In this document: piece by piece, positions 28,232 through 37,774 of the stretch
Numbering within the stretch: position 1 is the stretch's first letter
Layout of the letters: each line of letters opens with the position of its first letter
Assembly: GCA_019637685.1 (NCBI GenBank)
Contig: JAHBVF010000015.1
Coordinates: 7,875 to 71,874 of the forward strand
From: Caldilineaceae bacterium
GTDB lineage: Bacteria; Chloroflexota; Anaerolineae; Caldilineales; Caldilineaceae
Direction: 5' to 3'
DNA: 64,000 nt
Translations under genes and position numbers: made by a program
The notes under the pieces: model-generated
Seen by the model: only the letters and a program-made list of their open reading frames with translations
Databases searched by the model: none
What the model was told of the DNA's origin: nothing

Positions 28232-30784
28232 ATGAATATTCTGGGACACATTGCTGTCTTTCCCAAATTGCCGGCCGCCATCGCCCGGCTGCACGATCTG
28301 GCCTTCAATCTTTGGTGGAGTTGGAACCCCGCGGCCCAGAGTCTCTTCTCGTCCCTGGACGAAGAACTGTGGCGGGCGGTCAACCAAAACCCGGTCAAAT
28401 TTCTGCGCAGCGCGTCCCAGGAACTGTTGGACCAGGCGGCTGAAGATCAGGCGTGGCTGACCCGCTTTGCCGCGGTGATGGATGATTTTGACGCGTATAT
28501 GCACCCCCAGGCCAACACCTGGTATCGACGCACCCACGGCGAAAGCGAGCCAGCCACCATCGCCTATTTCAGCGCGGAGTTTGGCCTGCACGAAGCCCTG
28601 CCCATCTACAGCGGTGGCCTGGGCATTCTGAGCGGCGATCACTGCAAAGAGGCCAGCGATTTGGGGCTGCCCTTTGTCGGCGTGGGCTTTCTCTATCCCC
28701 AGGGCTACTTCACCCAGCGCATTCCTGCCAACGGCCAGCAGGAAGCCATCTACGAAAAGATCGACTTTTCCGAAGTCCCTGCCACCCCGGCCCTGGACCC
28801 CAGTGGCAAACCGGTGTTGATCCACGTGGACCTGCCTGGGCGCACGGTCTATGCGAAAGTGTGGCGGATTCAGGTGGGGCGCGTTCCCCTCTATCTGATG
28901 GACACGGATGTGGAGCGCAACGCGCCCCAGGACCGGGAGCTGAGTGCCCGGCTCTATGGCGGCGACAACGAAATGCGCATCAGCCAGGAATTTATGCTGG
29001 GCATCGGCGGCGTGCGTCTCCTGCGCGCCCTGGGGCTGAACCCGTCGGTCTGGCATATGAACGAAGGCCACTCGGCCTTTCTCAACCTGGAGCGTATTCG
29101 GGAGCTGGTTGAACAGGGCATCCCCTTTGACACGGGCGTAGAAACCGTGCGCGCGGGCAGCATCTTCACCACCCACACACCTGTCCCCGCGGGCCACGAC
29201 GCTTTTGCCTTTGAGCTGATGGAGAAATTCTTCTGGCAATTCTGGGGGCGATTGGGCATCGACCGGGAGCGTTTTCTCGACTTGGCCCGGCACGAACAGA
29301 GCTGGGGTCCCCAGTTCAGTATGACAGTGCTGGCCTTCCGCCTGAGTGCCTATCACAACGGGGTGAGCGAACTCCACGGCCACGTGAGCCGGGAGATGTG
29401 GAAAGAGATGTGGCCGGGCACACCTGTGGAGCAGGTCCCCATCACCCACATCACCAACGGCGTACACACGGGCACGTGGCTGGCTGACGAACTGCGGGAC
29501 CTCTACAATCGCTATTTGCAGAGCGACTGGCTGGAAGAGGTGGACGACCCCGCCACCTGGGAGGGGTTGGCTTCGGTGCCGGATGCAGAACTGTGGGCTG
29601 TACACAACCAGCGCAAGGCCAAAATGGTGGACTTTGTGCGGGATCGGGTGTCCCGACAATTTGTGCGCCACGGCGAAGGCCCTCGACGGCTGGCCCAGGC
29701 CCACAGATTGCTGGACCCCAACGCGCTCACCCTGGGCTTTGCCCGGCGCTTTGCCACCTACAAACGGGCCACCCTCATCTTTCGGGATATGGAACGGCTC
29801 AAGCGTCTTCTCACCGACCCGGAACGGCCTGTGCAGATCGTCTTTGCCGGCAAGGCCCATCCCAAAGATGAGCCAGGCAAGGCCCTGATCCAGCGCATCT
29901 ATGAAGTGAGCCAGGACCCGGAACTGATCGGGAAGATCGTTTTCGTGGAAAATTACGATATGAATGTGGCCCGCCACCTGATCGCGGGGGTGGATGTCTG
30001 GCTCAACACGCCCCGCCGCCCCTACGAGGCCAGCGGAACCAGTGGGCAGAAGGCGGCCCTGAGCGGTGCGCCCAATTTCAGCATTCTGGACGGCTGGTGG
30101 CGGGAAGGCTACGACGGCACAAACGGCTGGGCCATTGGCGAGGAGCGGGAGTATAAGGACACGGAGACCCAGGACGAAGCCGACGCGCTGAGTTTCTATG
30201 CCACAATGGAGGATGTGATCGTTCCCCTCTTCTATGACAGGGGAGCGGATGGGATTCCCGGCGGCTGGCTCACGCCCATGCGCCGCTCGATTGTCACCTG
30301 CGGCCCCGGGTTTTCCATGCGCCGTATGGTGAAGGAATACACCGAGCGTCTCTATTTGCCCGCCCTGGGCACGGGCCGCGCGGCCTCTGCCAATGAATAC
30401 GCCGAGGCCCGCGCCCTGGCCGAATGGAAGCGCCACGTGCGGGACAGCTGGTTCAGCGTCAATTTGCAATCCGTGGAGGGTGTGCCATCCCAGGCCCAGG
30501 TGGGCGACGCGCTCACCCTCAGCGCCCGGCTCTGGCCGGGGCGTCTTTCCGCCGACGATCTGGCTGTAGAAATTGTGGTGGGGAGTGATGGGGGCAGCGA
30601 CTTTACGGATGCACCGACCGTTATCCCCATGCAGGCGGGCGAGCGCCACGGGGATGGCAGCCTTGACTTCGTGGGCGATCTTTCGCCCCGCGAAAGCGGA
30701 CGGCTGGCCGTGGGCATTCGCGTGCGCCCCCAGCACCCGGGAATGGTACACCCCCACGAGACGGGGCTGGCGCGCTGGGTGTAG
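28232..30784 (+). CDS. glgP: alpha-glucan (glycogen/maltodextrin) phosphorylase, GT35
   Basis: Start MNILGHIAVFPKLP with AGGGAG RBS. Motifs FSAEFGLHEALPIYSGGLG, MNEGHSAF, and a PLP-binding region. 850 aa. Opposite-strand 847-aa ORF is a shadow. Confidence 0.9.
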   Translation: MNILGHIAVFPKLPAAIARLHDLAFNLWWSWNPAAQSLFSSLDEELWRAVNQNPVKFLRSASQELLDQAAEDQAWLTRFAAVMDDFDAYMHPQANTWYRRTHGESEPATIAYFSAEFGLHEALPIYSGGLGILSGDHCKEASDLGLPFVGVGFLYPQGYFTQRIPANGQQEAIYEKIDFSEVPATPALDPSGKPVLIHVDLPGRTVYAKVWRIQVGRVPLYLMDTDVERNAPQDRELSARLYGGDNEMRISQEFMLGIGGVRLLRALGLNPSVWHMNEGHSAFLNLERIRELVEQGIPFDTGVETVRAGSIFTTHTPVPAGHDAFAFELMEKFFWQFWGRLGIDRERFLDLARHEQSWGPQFSMTVLAFRLSAYHNGVSELHGHVSREMWKEMWPGTPVEQVPITHITNGVHTGTWLADELRDLYNRYLQSDWLEEVDDPATWEGLASVPDAELWAVHNQRKAKMVDFVRDRVSRQFVRHGEGPRRLAQAHRLLDPNALTLGFARRFATYKRATLIFRDMERLKRLLTDPERPVQIVFAGKAHPKDEPGKALIQRIYEVSQDPELIGKIVFVENYDMNVARHLIAGVDVWLNTPRRPYEASGTSGQKAALSGAPNFSILDGWWREGYDGTNGWAIGEEREYKDTETQDEADALSFYATMEDVIVPLFYDRGADGIPGGWLTPMRRSIVTCGPGFSMRRMVKEYTERLYLPALGTGRAASANEYAEARALAEWKRHVRDSWFSVNLQSVEGVPSQAQVGDALTLSARLWPGRLSADDLAVEIVVGSDGGSDFTDAPTVIPMQAGERHGDGSLDFVGDLSPRESGRLAVGIRVRPQHPGMVHPHETGLARWV

Positions 30785-30944
30785 GGCGTCAGCACGCAGC
30801 GCGGGAATGGTTCCCGACGGTCCGTTGCTACCTGCCTGTTTCCGTCAGGTTATCTAGGAAAATTGAGCAATTGCGGCAAGGGCGAATTTGTGCTAGACTG
30901 GGAACAAATGTTCTTGCTTATTCAGCCGCCAGCAGTTCGACTAA

Positions 30945-31253
30945 TTGGAACGGTCGAACTGCTGGGTATTTATTTTGATGTGGGAGAAAACAATGACAAC
31001 CGACGTGCGCTCTGAACTGATTTCCAGGAATGATTTGGGCCAGATGCTTCTGAGCACCTGGCAGGTGAACGAAAATCTTGCTGCCCAACTCCCCCTGGAT
31101 GTTATCGACATCTATCGTTCCGGCTTTCGTTCCGCCATCAGTGCCATTGCCACGGCCTATCAGTTAGAATTGCCTAATCTGGAAAACACAGCGATCTCCC
31201 AGGCTCAGCCCTCGCGGGAACTCAACCGTACCCGCCACGATATGCGTCTGTAG
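30945..31253 (+). CDS. hypothetical protein
   Basis: 102-aa ORF. No family recognised. Start may be the internal MTTDV. Confidence 0.3.
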   Translation: MERSNCWVFILMWEKTMTTDVRSELISRNDLGQMLLSTWQVNENLAAQLPLDVIDIYRSGFRSAISAIATAYQLELPNLENTAISQAQPSRELNRTRHDMRL

Positions 31254-31280
31254 ACGGATTTCTTGGGAGGCTGGGTACGC

Positions 31281-31345
31281 CCTTTTCGGAACCAAAGAGC
31301 CGGTAGACCCACTTGGTTTCGACAAGCTCAACCGGCGCTGATCAG
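31281..31345. repeat. fragment of dispersed repeat family (GGTAGACCC...GGTTTCGACAAGCTCAACCGGCGCT)
   Basis: Matches the internal segment of the MITE-like element at 45601-45762 and the repeats at 941-1085. Confidence 0.45.
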
Positions 31346-31381
31346 GTGTCGGTTCGCAATCTTTCACTGGCGTGGCTGGCT

Positions 31382-32581
31382 TTAGGTAATGCCCACGGCC
31401 CGACGCAGATAATCGATCTCGCCGGCAATGTGTGAGCCGACCAGCGCGTTGAGACCCGGCTCCGAGGCAATCTTCTCCAGCGTTCGGCGCACAATCTCCC
31501 GCTGGATTGCGTCCTGGGGCATATTGTTTTCCTTGGCCACCCGATACCCCTCGGCCATAATCCGCACCGCGTCGGACCAGGCATAGGCACGGCTACGCTC
31601 GGCCTCGGCAAAGGATTGGCGGCGCAAACTTTCCACCCATTTTTCCTCCATACGGGCGGCCACTTCCGGGCGGGGTTGTATGGACTCCACAATTGCCCGG
31701 TCCACCCGCACACCCCATTTGTTGACCCGTTTGTTGCTGTTGCGAATCACATCCCTGGCCATGGCATCGTAATGGCCGGGGTCCAATATCGCGTCCAGCG
31801 TGCGGGCCGACACATAGCGGCGCACGTGGGAGATCACCTCCTGCTTGGCCGCTTCCACCCAATCCTGATGATAGCTGTAGATGTGTTGCAGTTTGCGCTG
31901 TTCGGATTCACTGATGGATTCGCTGCCCTGGCGCACAGCCGCGCGGATGTCGATGCGCAGCAGGAGGGAGACCTGTACGGTGACCTGCAGATGGTCTTTG
32001 GTGCGCACTTCAGCCACGCGCAGTCTCTCTGTCTTTGGCCGCAGATCGAAAACCTCTTTGATGTACTCGAAGGGGCGGCTCATGCAAATGCCCGGGCCCA
32101 GGGTTTGGGTGTGACGGGGGCCACTTTCCAAAATAGCGCCCGTGTTGGGCTTGACGATAATCAGTCGGGGGCCGAAGACGGAATCGCTGCCCGCGGGGAC
32201 AACGCTCTTGCCCTCACTCACAATGTGAAAGCCCCGATTGAGTCCGGTCAGAATCTTCAGATGGTGGACAAAAGCCTCCATCTCGCTGCCCGCGTAGAGA
32301 TCGCGCAGGACGGCAGCAGACAAGAAAAGGGTGATGCCCGTACATATCAGCGCAATGGCGAGACCGGAGAGGCCGGTCAGCTCCCAGGCCGCCAGGTAGC
32401 AGAGCAAGAGGGCCGCAATCGCCCACCAGCGCCGTTTGCGGGTTTGGATTGCCTGGCCCACAGACCAGCCGAGCAGCACACCACTCACCCCGCCCAGCAG
32501 CGCTTCATTCCACAGCGCGCCCACCCCAGCCCCCAGAACAGCGGCGAAAAGTATCCAGATCAACATTCGAAAATAGTTCAT
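31382..32581 (-). CDS. SPFH/band-7 (stomatin/flotillin-like) domain membrane protein
   Basis: N-terminal ~100 aa with 3-4 TM helices, then an SPFH-like core (LQVTVQVSLLLRIDIRAAV...) and a coiled-coil tail. Start chosen at MNYFRM. Confidence 0.65.
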   Translation of the reverse strand: MNYFRMLIWILFAAVLGAGVGALWNEALLGGVSGVLLGWSVGQAIQTRKRRWWAIAALLLCYLAAWELTGLSGLAIALICTGITLFLSAAVLRDLYAGSEMEAFVHHLKILTGLNRGFHIVSEGKSVVPAGSDSVFGPRLIIVKPNTGAILESGPRHTQTLGPGICMSRPFEYIKEVFDLRPKTERLRVAEVRTKDHLQVTVQVSLLLRIDIRAAVRQGSESISESEQRKLQHIYSYHQDWVEAAKQEVISHVRRYVSARTLDAILDPGHYDAMARDVIRNSNKRVNKWGVRVDRAIVESIQPRPEVAARMEEKWVESLRRQSFAEAERSRAYAWSDAVRIMAEGYRVAKENNMPQDAIQREIVRRTLEKIASEPGLNALVGSHIAGEIDYLRRAVGIT

Positions 32582-32924
32582 GCGGTGGACCCCTTTGAGA
32601 CTTGCGTAGGACAGGGCCATTGGTCGATGGGAGGAGAGCGATGGAGGCGGTGGCTGCCCGTAGGACGATATTCAATTCGCCACCACTTTACTATGGGAAG
32701 AAGGGAAAGTCAACGTGGAATGTAAGGAAGCAGAGAAGAAGCCTGCCGCATTGCTGGTACAGGCTGTAGAGGCGCGGTTCCACAACCGGCAATCCCCGCT
32801 ATACTCTTATCTGTGCGCCAAAACACTCAGTTGTCATATTGGCCCACACTGCCACCACTGGCGATTGCATGGATACTGAAGTCAAGTCCGGACAACGTGT
32901 CAACACAACCCAAGGAGGAACACA

Positions 32925-33197
32925 ATGCGATTCGTCAAACTCTCTCACTTCGTGATTCTGGCCGTGATGGTGGCTGCCATGTTCCTGATGCCTGCCAACA
33001 CCTCCGTCTCCCAGGCTTCCTCGGAACCAGGGAAAGTCTATCTGAAGCACTACAACCAGTTCGGCTCTTGGGCCGGGTTGCACCAGATAGATGAAGAACT
33101 TAAATGGGAACTCACCAAAGCAATCCTTGACAAAGGTGGGCTGCCTACGGAAGAAAACATTGACTGCCTTCTTCACTATCCACGACCGTGTCCGTAG
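32925..33197 (+). CDS. small secreted hypothetical protein
   Basis: 90 aa with N-terminal signal-peptide-like segment MRFVKLSHFVILAVMVAAMFLMPANTSVSQA. Confidence 0.4.
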   Translation: MRFVKLSHFVILAVMVAAMFLMPANTSVSQASSEPGKVYLKHYNQFGSWAGLHQIDEELKWELTKAILDKGGLPTEENIDCLLHYPRPCP

Positions 33198-33279
33198 ACG
33201 GACAGCAGGCACAACCTGCAGACAAACAAACACCCGGCACTCATTGGCCGGGTGTTTGTTTTTGTGAGGACAAAGAAAA

Positions 33280-33522
33280 TCACTCGCCCCGCCGGGCCTC
33301 CCGAAAGCTCAACTCGCCGCTGCCCGTGAATCCATTGACCTTCCAATCCGCTACGCGTTTCCGACTACACCGTGTGCATTGGTATGTAGCAGCTTCGCTT
33401 TCTGAGAAGGCATTCGTACTGCGCACTTTAAGGCAGACCATGCGCAGCGCTCCCCCGTGTGAATCCAGACAGGTTTCATTGTCGCAATAGAGATCCAAGG
33501 CATCCATTTTAGGCTTGTCCAT
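33280..33522 (-). CDS. small zinc-ribbon protein (CxxC...CxxC)
   Basis: 80 aa with CDNETC and CTRCSRK cysteine pairs. Sits immediately downstream of mod on the same strand. Confidence 0.4.
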   Translation of the reverse strand: MDKPKMDALDLYCDNETCLDSHGGALRMVCLKVRSTNAFSESEAATYQCTRCSRKRVADWKVNGFTGSGELSFREARRGE

Positions 33523-33594
33523 GAGCGAAACTTCTCCTTTTCTGAGTTACCGGATTTTATCATCCACCAATTACACACGTCCGAGCGACCCGTA

Positions 33595-33960
33595 TATACG
33601 GTTGAAACCGCACAATCACCCGGAAACCGGAGGCTGACGGCGTGCCCACCAATCGTGCGGCTGCAAGCCGCACCTACGCATTCCCCCTACCGCACCCCAA
33701 AGACCTTCATCACCTCATCCCCCAAATGATTGATCACCTTCACCGCGATGCGCCTAAAGGCAGGCATCTGTAGGTGCGGTTTCCAACCGCACAATCACCC
33801 GGAAACCGGAGGCTGACGGCGTGCCCACCAATCGTGCGGCTTGCAGCCGCACCTACGCATTCCCCCTACCGCACCCCAAAGACCTTCATCACCTCATCCC
33901 CCAGATGATTGATCACCTTCACCGCAATGCGCCCGGAAGTGGGCTTGTCGAAGGGCCGGG
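33595..33960. repeat. tandem ~180-bp duplication comprising a REP doublet plus the last ~25 codons of mod
   Basis: Unit TTCCAACCGCACAATCACCCGGAAACCGGAGGCTGACGGCGTGCCCACCAATCGTGCGGCTGCAAGCCGCACCTACGCATTCCCCCTACCGCACCCCAAAGACCTTCATCACCTCATCCCCCA(A/G)ATGATTGATCACCTTCACCGC present twice (33602-33770 and 33782-33950). The second copy is the real mod 3' end. Confidence 0.75.
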
Positions 33961-36586
33961 AAATCTCGCTGTGCAGACTCTCCCAGGCTTCCTCGTCGAT
34001 CTCCGCCTTCAGCGTCGTCTTGAGCGAGCTGTAGGGGTCATTCGCCCCCAGAAAATAGGCGTGGCGCACAAAGAAGCTCTCCTCGTTGTAGTCCGTGTCG
34101 ATGAACCAGACCGCGATGTCATCCGGACCGCCCGACTGCACCTGGCCCGACTGGGGATGAAAGACATCCACCCCGTGAATCTGCACCCGGATTTGCCCGT
34201 CGCCCGTCGCCTGAATCTCGATGTCCGGCTCGCCGAAGATGACGAAGAGATTGCCCGCACCCGTGTTCTTGAGCGCATCGGCCATGTGCAGGTCCGCGTT
34301 CATGCGCGCTTTCAGCACAGGAATGCGCCCCAGCTTCTCGAACTCGGCGGAGTGGGCGTCGTAGTTGAAGGCGCAGGCGATCAGCACATCGAAGCCCGCA
34401 TCCCCCGCCTCCCTCGCCGCGGCCACCAGATCGGCCCTGGGCACAGTGCCAAACTCCGGGCCGATGAAGATGCCCGCCCGCCGCTCTTTGCCGTTCTCCC
34501 CCTCCTGATAGCGCCCCTCGGCGCACAGGTAATGGCCCGGCCAGCCGGTGAGGGTGGTGAAGCTGATGCGGTCCTCCTTGTGCGCCTGCTGTACCCCAGC
34601 CGTGCGCAGATTCTCCAAAATCACCTGGGTAAAGTCGATTTCGCTGGCGTACTTCTCCTTCTCCTCGTCGATAAAGTTGCCTGCGATCGGCTGCAACTCG
34701 TCGTTCTCGTCCACGGCCAGCACCCGGTGGGGCGAGAGCGACTCCACAGTGAAAGGCCCCGCCACCCGCACGGTATTGCGCTCCTCATAGGGTTTGTCGT
34801 AGAGGAACTCCTGATCCGAGTTGGCCGCAATCGAGGCGTCCATCTCCTGCTGGCGGGCGATGCGCTCGGTCCACCACGCCCCGTGCAGCTCTTTGGCCTG
34901 GGCCGACCACCCCTTCTCCGCCTCGCGGGGAATCTCCCACTCCTCCCAGGACTGGCCCAGAGCGGCGTTGAGCTGGCCGCGCAGGGGTTCCATCACCGCC
35001 TGAAACTGCTCCCAGATCACATCGATCTCGGCGTTGTTGGCGATGTCTTTGAGCATAATGTGGGGAACCCGCTCGTAGACAAAGCCGTGGCGGATGTTGC
35101 CGAAGGTGGGCGCAGTGGAGGGGGCGCTGCGGCTGACCTCCGCCTCTTTCAATTGCCCCGCCGGGGAATCGGCCAGCAGATAGTAGGGGTAGCGCGCCCC
35201 CATAATGCGGGCACGGGCCAGGGCCAGGGCCACCCGGCTGGTGTCGATGGTGATCCAGCGCCGCCCCCACTGCTCGGCGATATAGGCTGTGGTGCCAGAG
35301 CCACAAGTTGCGTCCAGCACAAGATCGCCCGGATCAGTGGTCATGAGAATGCAGCGTTGAATAACCCGCGTTGAGGTCTGTACTACGTAAATTTTGTCTT
35401 TGGCAAATGCACCAAACTGAGTATCCAGCCACCTATTATTCAAATTGGATACCGATCTTTCCGAGTAAAATTTCTTCACGCGAATTTGGGTTTCACTGAC
35501 CCTGACAATTCGATCTGCCTTTGCTATTCGATACATACCAACTGTATGTTCGTTACTCCAATGGCGAGCGGCTGATGGACGAAATTCCTGTCCTTGAAAT
35601 ACAAATACTTGCTCTTGGCTCGCTGCTCCCTGAGAGGTCAAATCTCCTAACTCGAAGCCGTCTTCATCCTGATTTTCTTTCGGCAAGAAGAGTGATCGAT
35701 ACTTCGTCTTGTCAGTTGCTTTTGCATACCATAAAACATAGTCGTTAACATTAGGAACGAAGTTCGATGTCCGGCCAGTGGAAGTGGCAAAACTAATGAG
35801 GGAAATGCAATTCTCCTCCCCAAAGACCTCATCCATCAGCGCCCGCACCCGATGCACATTCTCATCCCCGATCTGCACAAAGATCGACCCGCTCTCGGTC
35901 AGCAAATCTCGCGCCACGGTCAGCCGGTCGCGCAGATAGGTCAGATAGGAGTGAATGCCGTCCCGCCAGGTGTCCCGGAAAGCCTTCACCTGCTCCGGTT
36001 CCCGGGTGATGTGGTCGGCCTTGCCGTCCCGCACATCCCGGCTGGTGGTGGACCACTGGAAGTTGGAATTGAATTTGATGCCGTAGGGCGGGTCAATGTA
36101 GATGCACTGCACTTTGCCTCGCAGCCCCTCCCGCTCGGCCAGGCTGGCCATCACCTGCAAGCTGTCCCCCAGAATCATCCGGTTGGTCCAGTTGGCGTCG
36201 TGTTGATAAAAGTCCGTGGCCGTCGCCCCCTTCGGGATGCCGTTGAAGTCGGCGAAGAGGTCCAACTGCGCGGCCAACTCTTCCTGCCCGGCCGCGGCCC
36301 GTTCTGCACTCTGGCGCAGCAGGTCGTCGATCAGCACCTTCGGGTGTACCTTCTCCTGGATGTACAAGGGCGGCGCGGCCACCACCAGGTCGGACCAATC
36401 CTGCTCATCCTTGCCCCGCCAGACCAATTGGGGGTCCAAATCCCGGTTGCGCCGTGCATAGGCGATGCGGATGGGGCTTTTCTCCTCCTCCGCCATCACC
36501 GACTCGTATTCCGCGGTGGGGATGTTCGTGCGCCGGGCCTCGTCGTGTTTCAGGGTTTCTACGGTTTTGGGGGTGCGTGTCGCCAT
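33866..36586 (-). CDS. mod: Type III-like restriction-modification methyltransferase (Mod), N6-adenine/N4-cytosine DPPY class, long form
   Basis: 906 aa. DPPY catalytic motif (VQCIYIDPPYGIKFNSNFQ), C-terminal SAM-binding block LVLDATCGSGTTAYIAEQWGRRWITID, conserved N-terminal RRTNIPTAEY / PLYIQEKVHP blocks seen in Mod-type methylases, and a ~300-aa C-terminal extension. Confidence 0.85.
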   Translation of the reverse strand: MATRTPKTVETLKHDEARRTNIPTAEYESVMAEEEKSPIRIAYARRNRDLDPQLVWRGKDEQDWSDLVVAAPPLYIQEKVHPKVLIDDLLRQSAERAAAGQEELAAQLDLFADFNGIPKGATATDFYQHDANWTNRMILGDSLQVMASLAEREGLRGKVQCIYIDPPYGIKFNSNFQWSTTSRDVRDGKADHITREPEQVKAFRDTWRDGIHSYLTYLRDRLTVARDLLTESGSIFVQIGDENVHRVRALMDEVFGEENCISLISFATSTGRTSNFVPNVNDYVLWYAKATDKTKYRSLFLPKENQDEDGFELGDLTSQGAASQEQVFVFQGQEFRPSAARHWSNEHTVGMYRIAKADRIVRVSETQIRVKKFYSERSVSNLNNRWLDTQFGAFAKDKIYVVQTSTRVIQRCILMTTDPGDLVLDATCGSGTTAYIAEQWGRRWITIDTSRVALALARARIMGARYPYYLLADSPAGQLKEAEVSRSAPSTAPTFGNIRHGFVYERVPHIMLKDIANNAEIDVIWEQFQAVMEPLRGQLNAALGQSWEEWEIPREAEKGWSAQAKELHGAWWTERIARQQEMDASIAANSDQEFLYDKPYEERNTVRVAGPFTVESLSPHRVLAVDENDELQPIAGNFIDEEKEKYASEIDFTQVILENLRTAGVQQAHKEDRISFTTLTGWPGHYLCAEGRYQEGENGKERRAGIFIGPEFGTVPRADLVAAAREAGDAGFDVLIACAFNYDAHSAEFEKLGRIPVLKARMNADLHMADALKNTGAGNLFVIFGEPDIEIQATGDGQIRVQIHGVDVFHPQSGQVQSGGPDDIAVWFIDTDYNEESFFVRHAYFLGANDPYSSLKTTLKAEIDEEAWESLHSEISRPFDKPTSGRIAVKVINHLGDEVMKVFGVR

Positions 36587-36597
36587 TTGGATTGCCT

Positions 36598-37236
36598 TTG
36601 GTAGGTGCGGTTTTCAACCGCACATTTTCGATTGCCCCGTCAATATACGGGAATCGATTATCGTAGGTGCGGTTTGCAACCGCACGTTTTCGGAATGTCC
36701 CACATTGTGCGGGTTACGGATGGTGTGTGTGCGATTTGTAACCACAGATTCTTCGTCGTTCCCGCATTGTGCGGCTGCAAGCCGCACCTACGAATTGGAC
36801 GGTTGCCTTTTGTAGGTGCGGTTTGCAAAACCGCACATTTTCGGAATGTCCCACATCGTGCGGGTTACGAATGTTGTGTGTGCGATTTGTAACCGCACAT
36901 TCTTCGTCGTCCCCGCATCGTGCGGCTGCAAGCCGCACCTACGGGTTGGACGGTTGCCTTTGGTAGGTGCGGTTTGCAACCGCACATTTTCGGAATGTCC
37001 CACATCGGGCGGGTTACGGATGGTGTGTGTGCGATTTGTAACCGCACATTCTTCGCCATCCCCACATTGTGCGGCTGCAAGCCGCACCTACGGATTGGAC
37101 GGTTGCCTTTGGTAGGTGCGGTTTGCAACCGCACATTTTCGGAATGCCCCACATCGTGCGGGTTACGGATGATGTGTGTGCGATTTGTAACCGCACATTC
37201 TTCGTCATCCCCACATTGTGCGGCTGCAAGCCGCGC
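36598..37236. repeat. REP array L: ~4 tandem copies of a ~153-bp composite unit containing GTAG-type REP palindromes
   Basis: Unit GGTTGCCTTTGGTAGGTGCGGTTTGCAACCGCACATTTTCGGAATGTCCCACATCGTGCGGGTTACGGATGGTGTGTGTGCGATTTGTAACCGCACATTCTTCGTCGTCCCCGCATTGTGCGGCTGCAAGCCGCACCTACGGGTTGGAC repeated with few substitutions. Each unit has three hairpins. Ends at the RAYT stop. Confidence 0.85.
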
Positions 37237-37770
37237 CTACGGGTTGTCATCTTCGCTTTCTTGCCAATCGTATTCTGTGATGGATTCCGGCAATGCCCAT
37301 CCCCAGCCGTCGGGGTAGGCATTACGTTCCCGCCAGTGGTGGTAGCTGGAATGGGGCCAATCTTCCGGTCTGGCAACCAACCCGTGGTGCACCGGATTGT
37401 AATGGATGTAGTCCAGGTGGCGCTGAAAGTCGATTTCGTCCCGGATGATGTGGTCCCAGAATCCCTTTTGCCAGAAGTGCATTGGCCCAGAAGTTCCGAT
37501 TCGTTTTTTATACTCTTTGGTGAAATTCGGCTTGAGCGAATGCATAATATCGCTAAAATTGCTATCACCGGTGGGACGGATTAGCAGATGAAAGTGTTCG
37601 TGCAGAAAGACGTATCCCTGGGTGACAAAGGGGTGAAGCTCCTTCACATTGCCCAATATCTCACGCAAGAGGTCAAGATGCGTCTCTTCCCGAAAGACCG
37701 GGACACGGCGATCGACCACCTGCGTGATGAAGATGATTGCGTTGGGTACGTAATAACGTCGGATGTTCAT
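37237..37770 (-). CDS. REP-associated tyrosine transposase (RAYT; IS200/IS605-like Y1 HUH transposase)
   Basis: 177 aa. HUH motif HEHFHLLI and catalytic Tyr region FQRHLDYIHYNPVHHGLV. Flanked on both sides by REP arrays. Confidence 0.85.
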   Translation of the reverse strand: MNIRRYYVPNAIIFITQVVDRRVPVFREETHLDLLREILGNVKELHPFVTQGYVFLHEHFHLLIRPTGDSNFSDIMHSLKPNFTKEYKKRIGTSGPMHFWQKGFWDHIIRDEIDFQRHLDYIHYNPVHHGLVARPEDWPHSSYHHWRERNAYPDGWGWALPESITEYDWQESEDDNP

Positions 37771-37774
37771 ATTT

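Noticed and set aside
28214-30757. 847-aa minus-strand ORF
   Set aside because: Antisense shadow of the strongly supported alpha-glucan phosphorylase gene. No domain signatures.
33821-35374. 517-aa plus-strand ORF
   Set aside because: Antisense to mod. Begins inside the duplicated REP/mod-tail repeat.
36454-37584. Cluster of ~100-130-aa ORFs on both strands across the REP arrays
   Set aside because: They translate tandem REP units (repetitive CGCKPHLR / RLQAAPT peptides on both strands). This is an artefact of repeat DNA.
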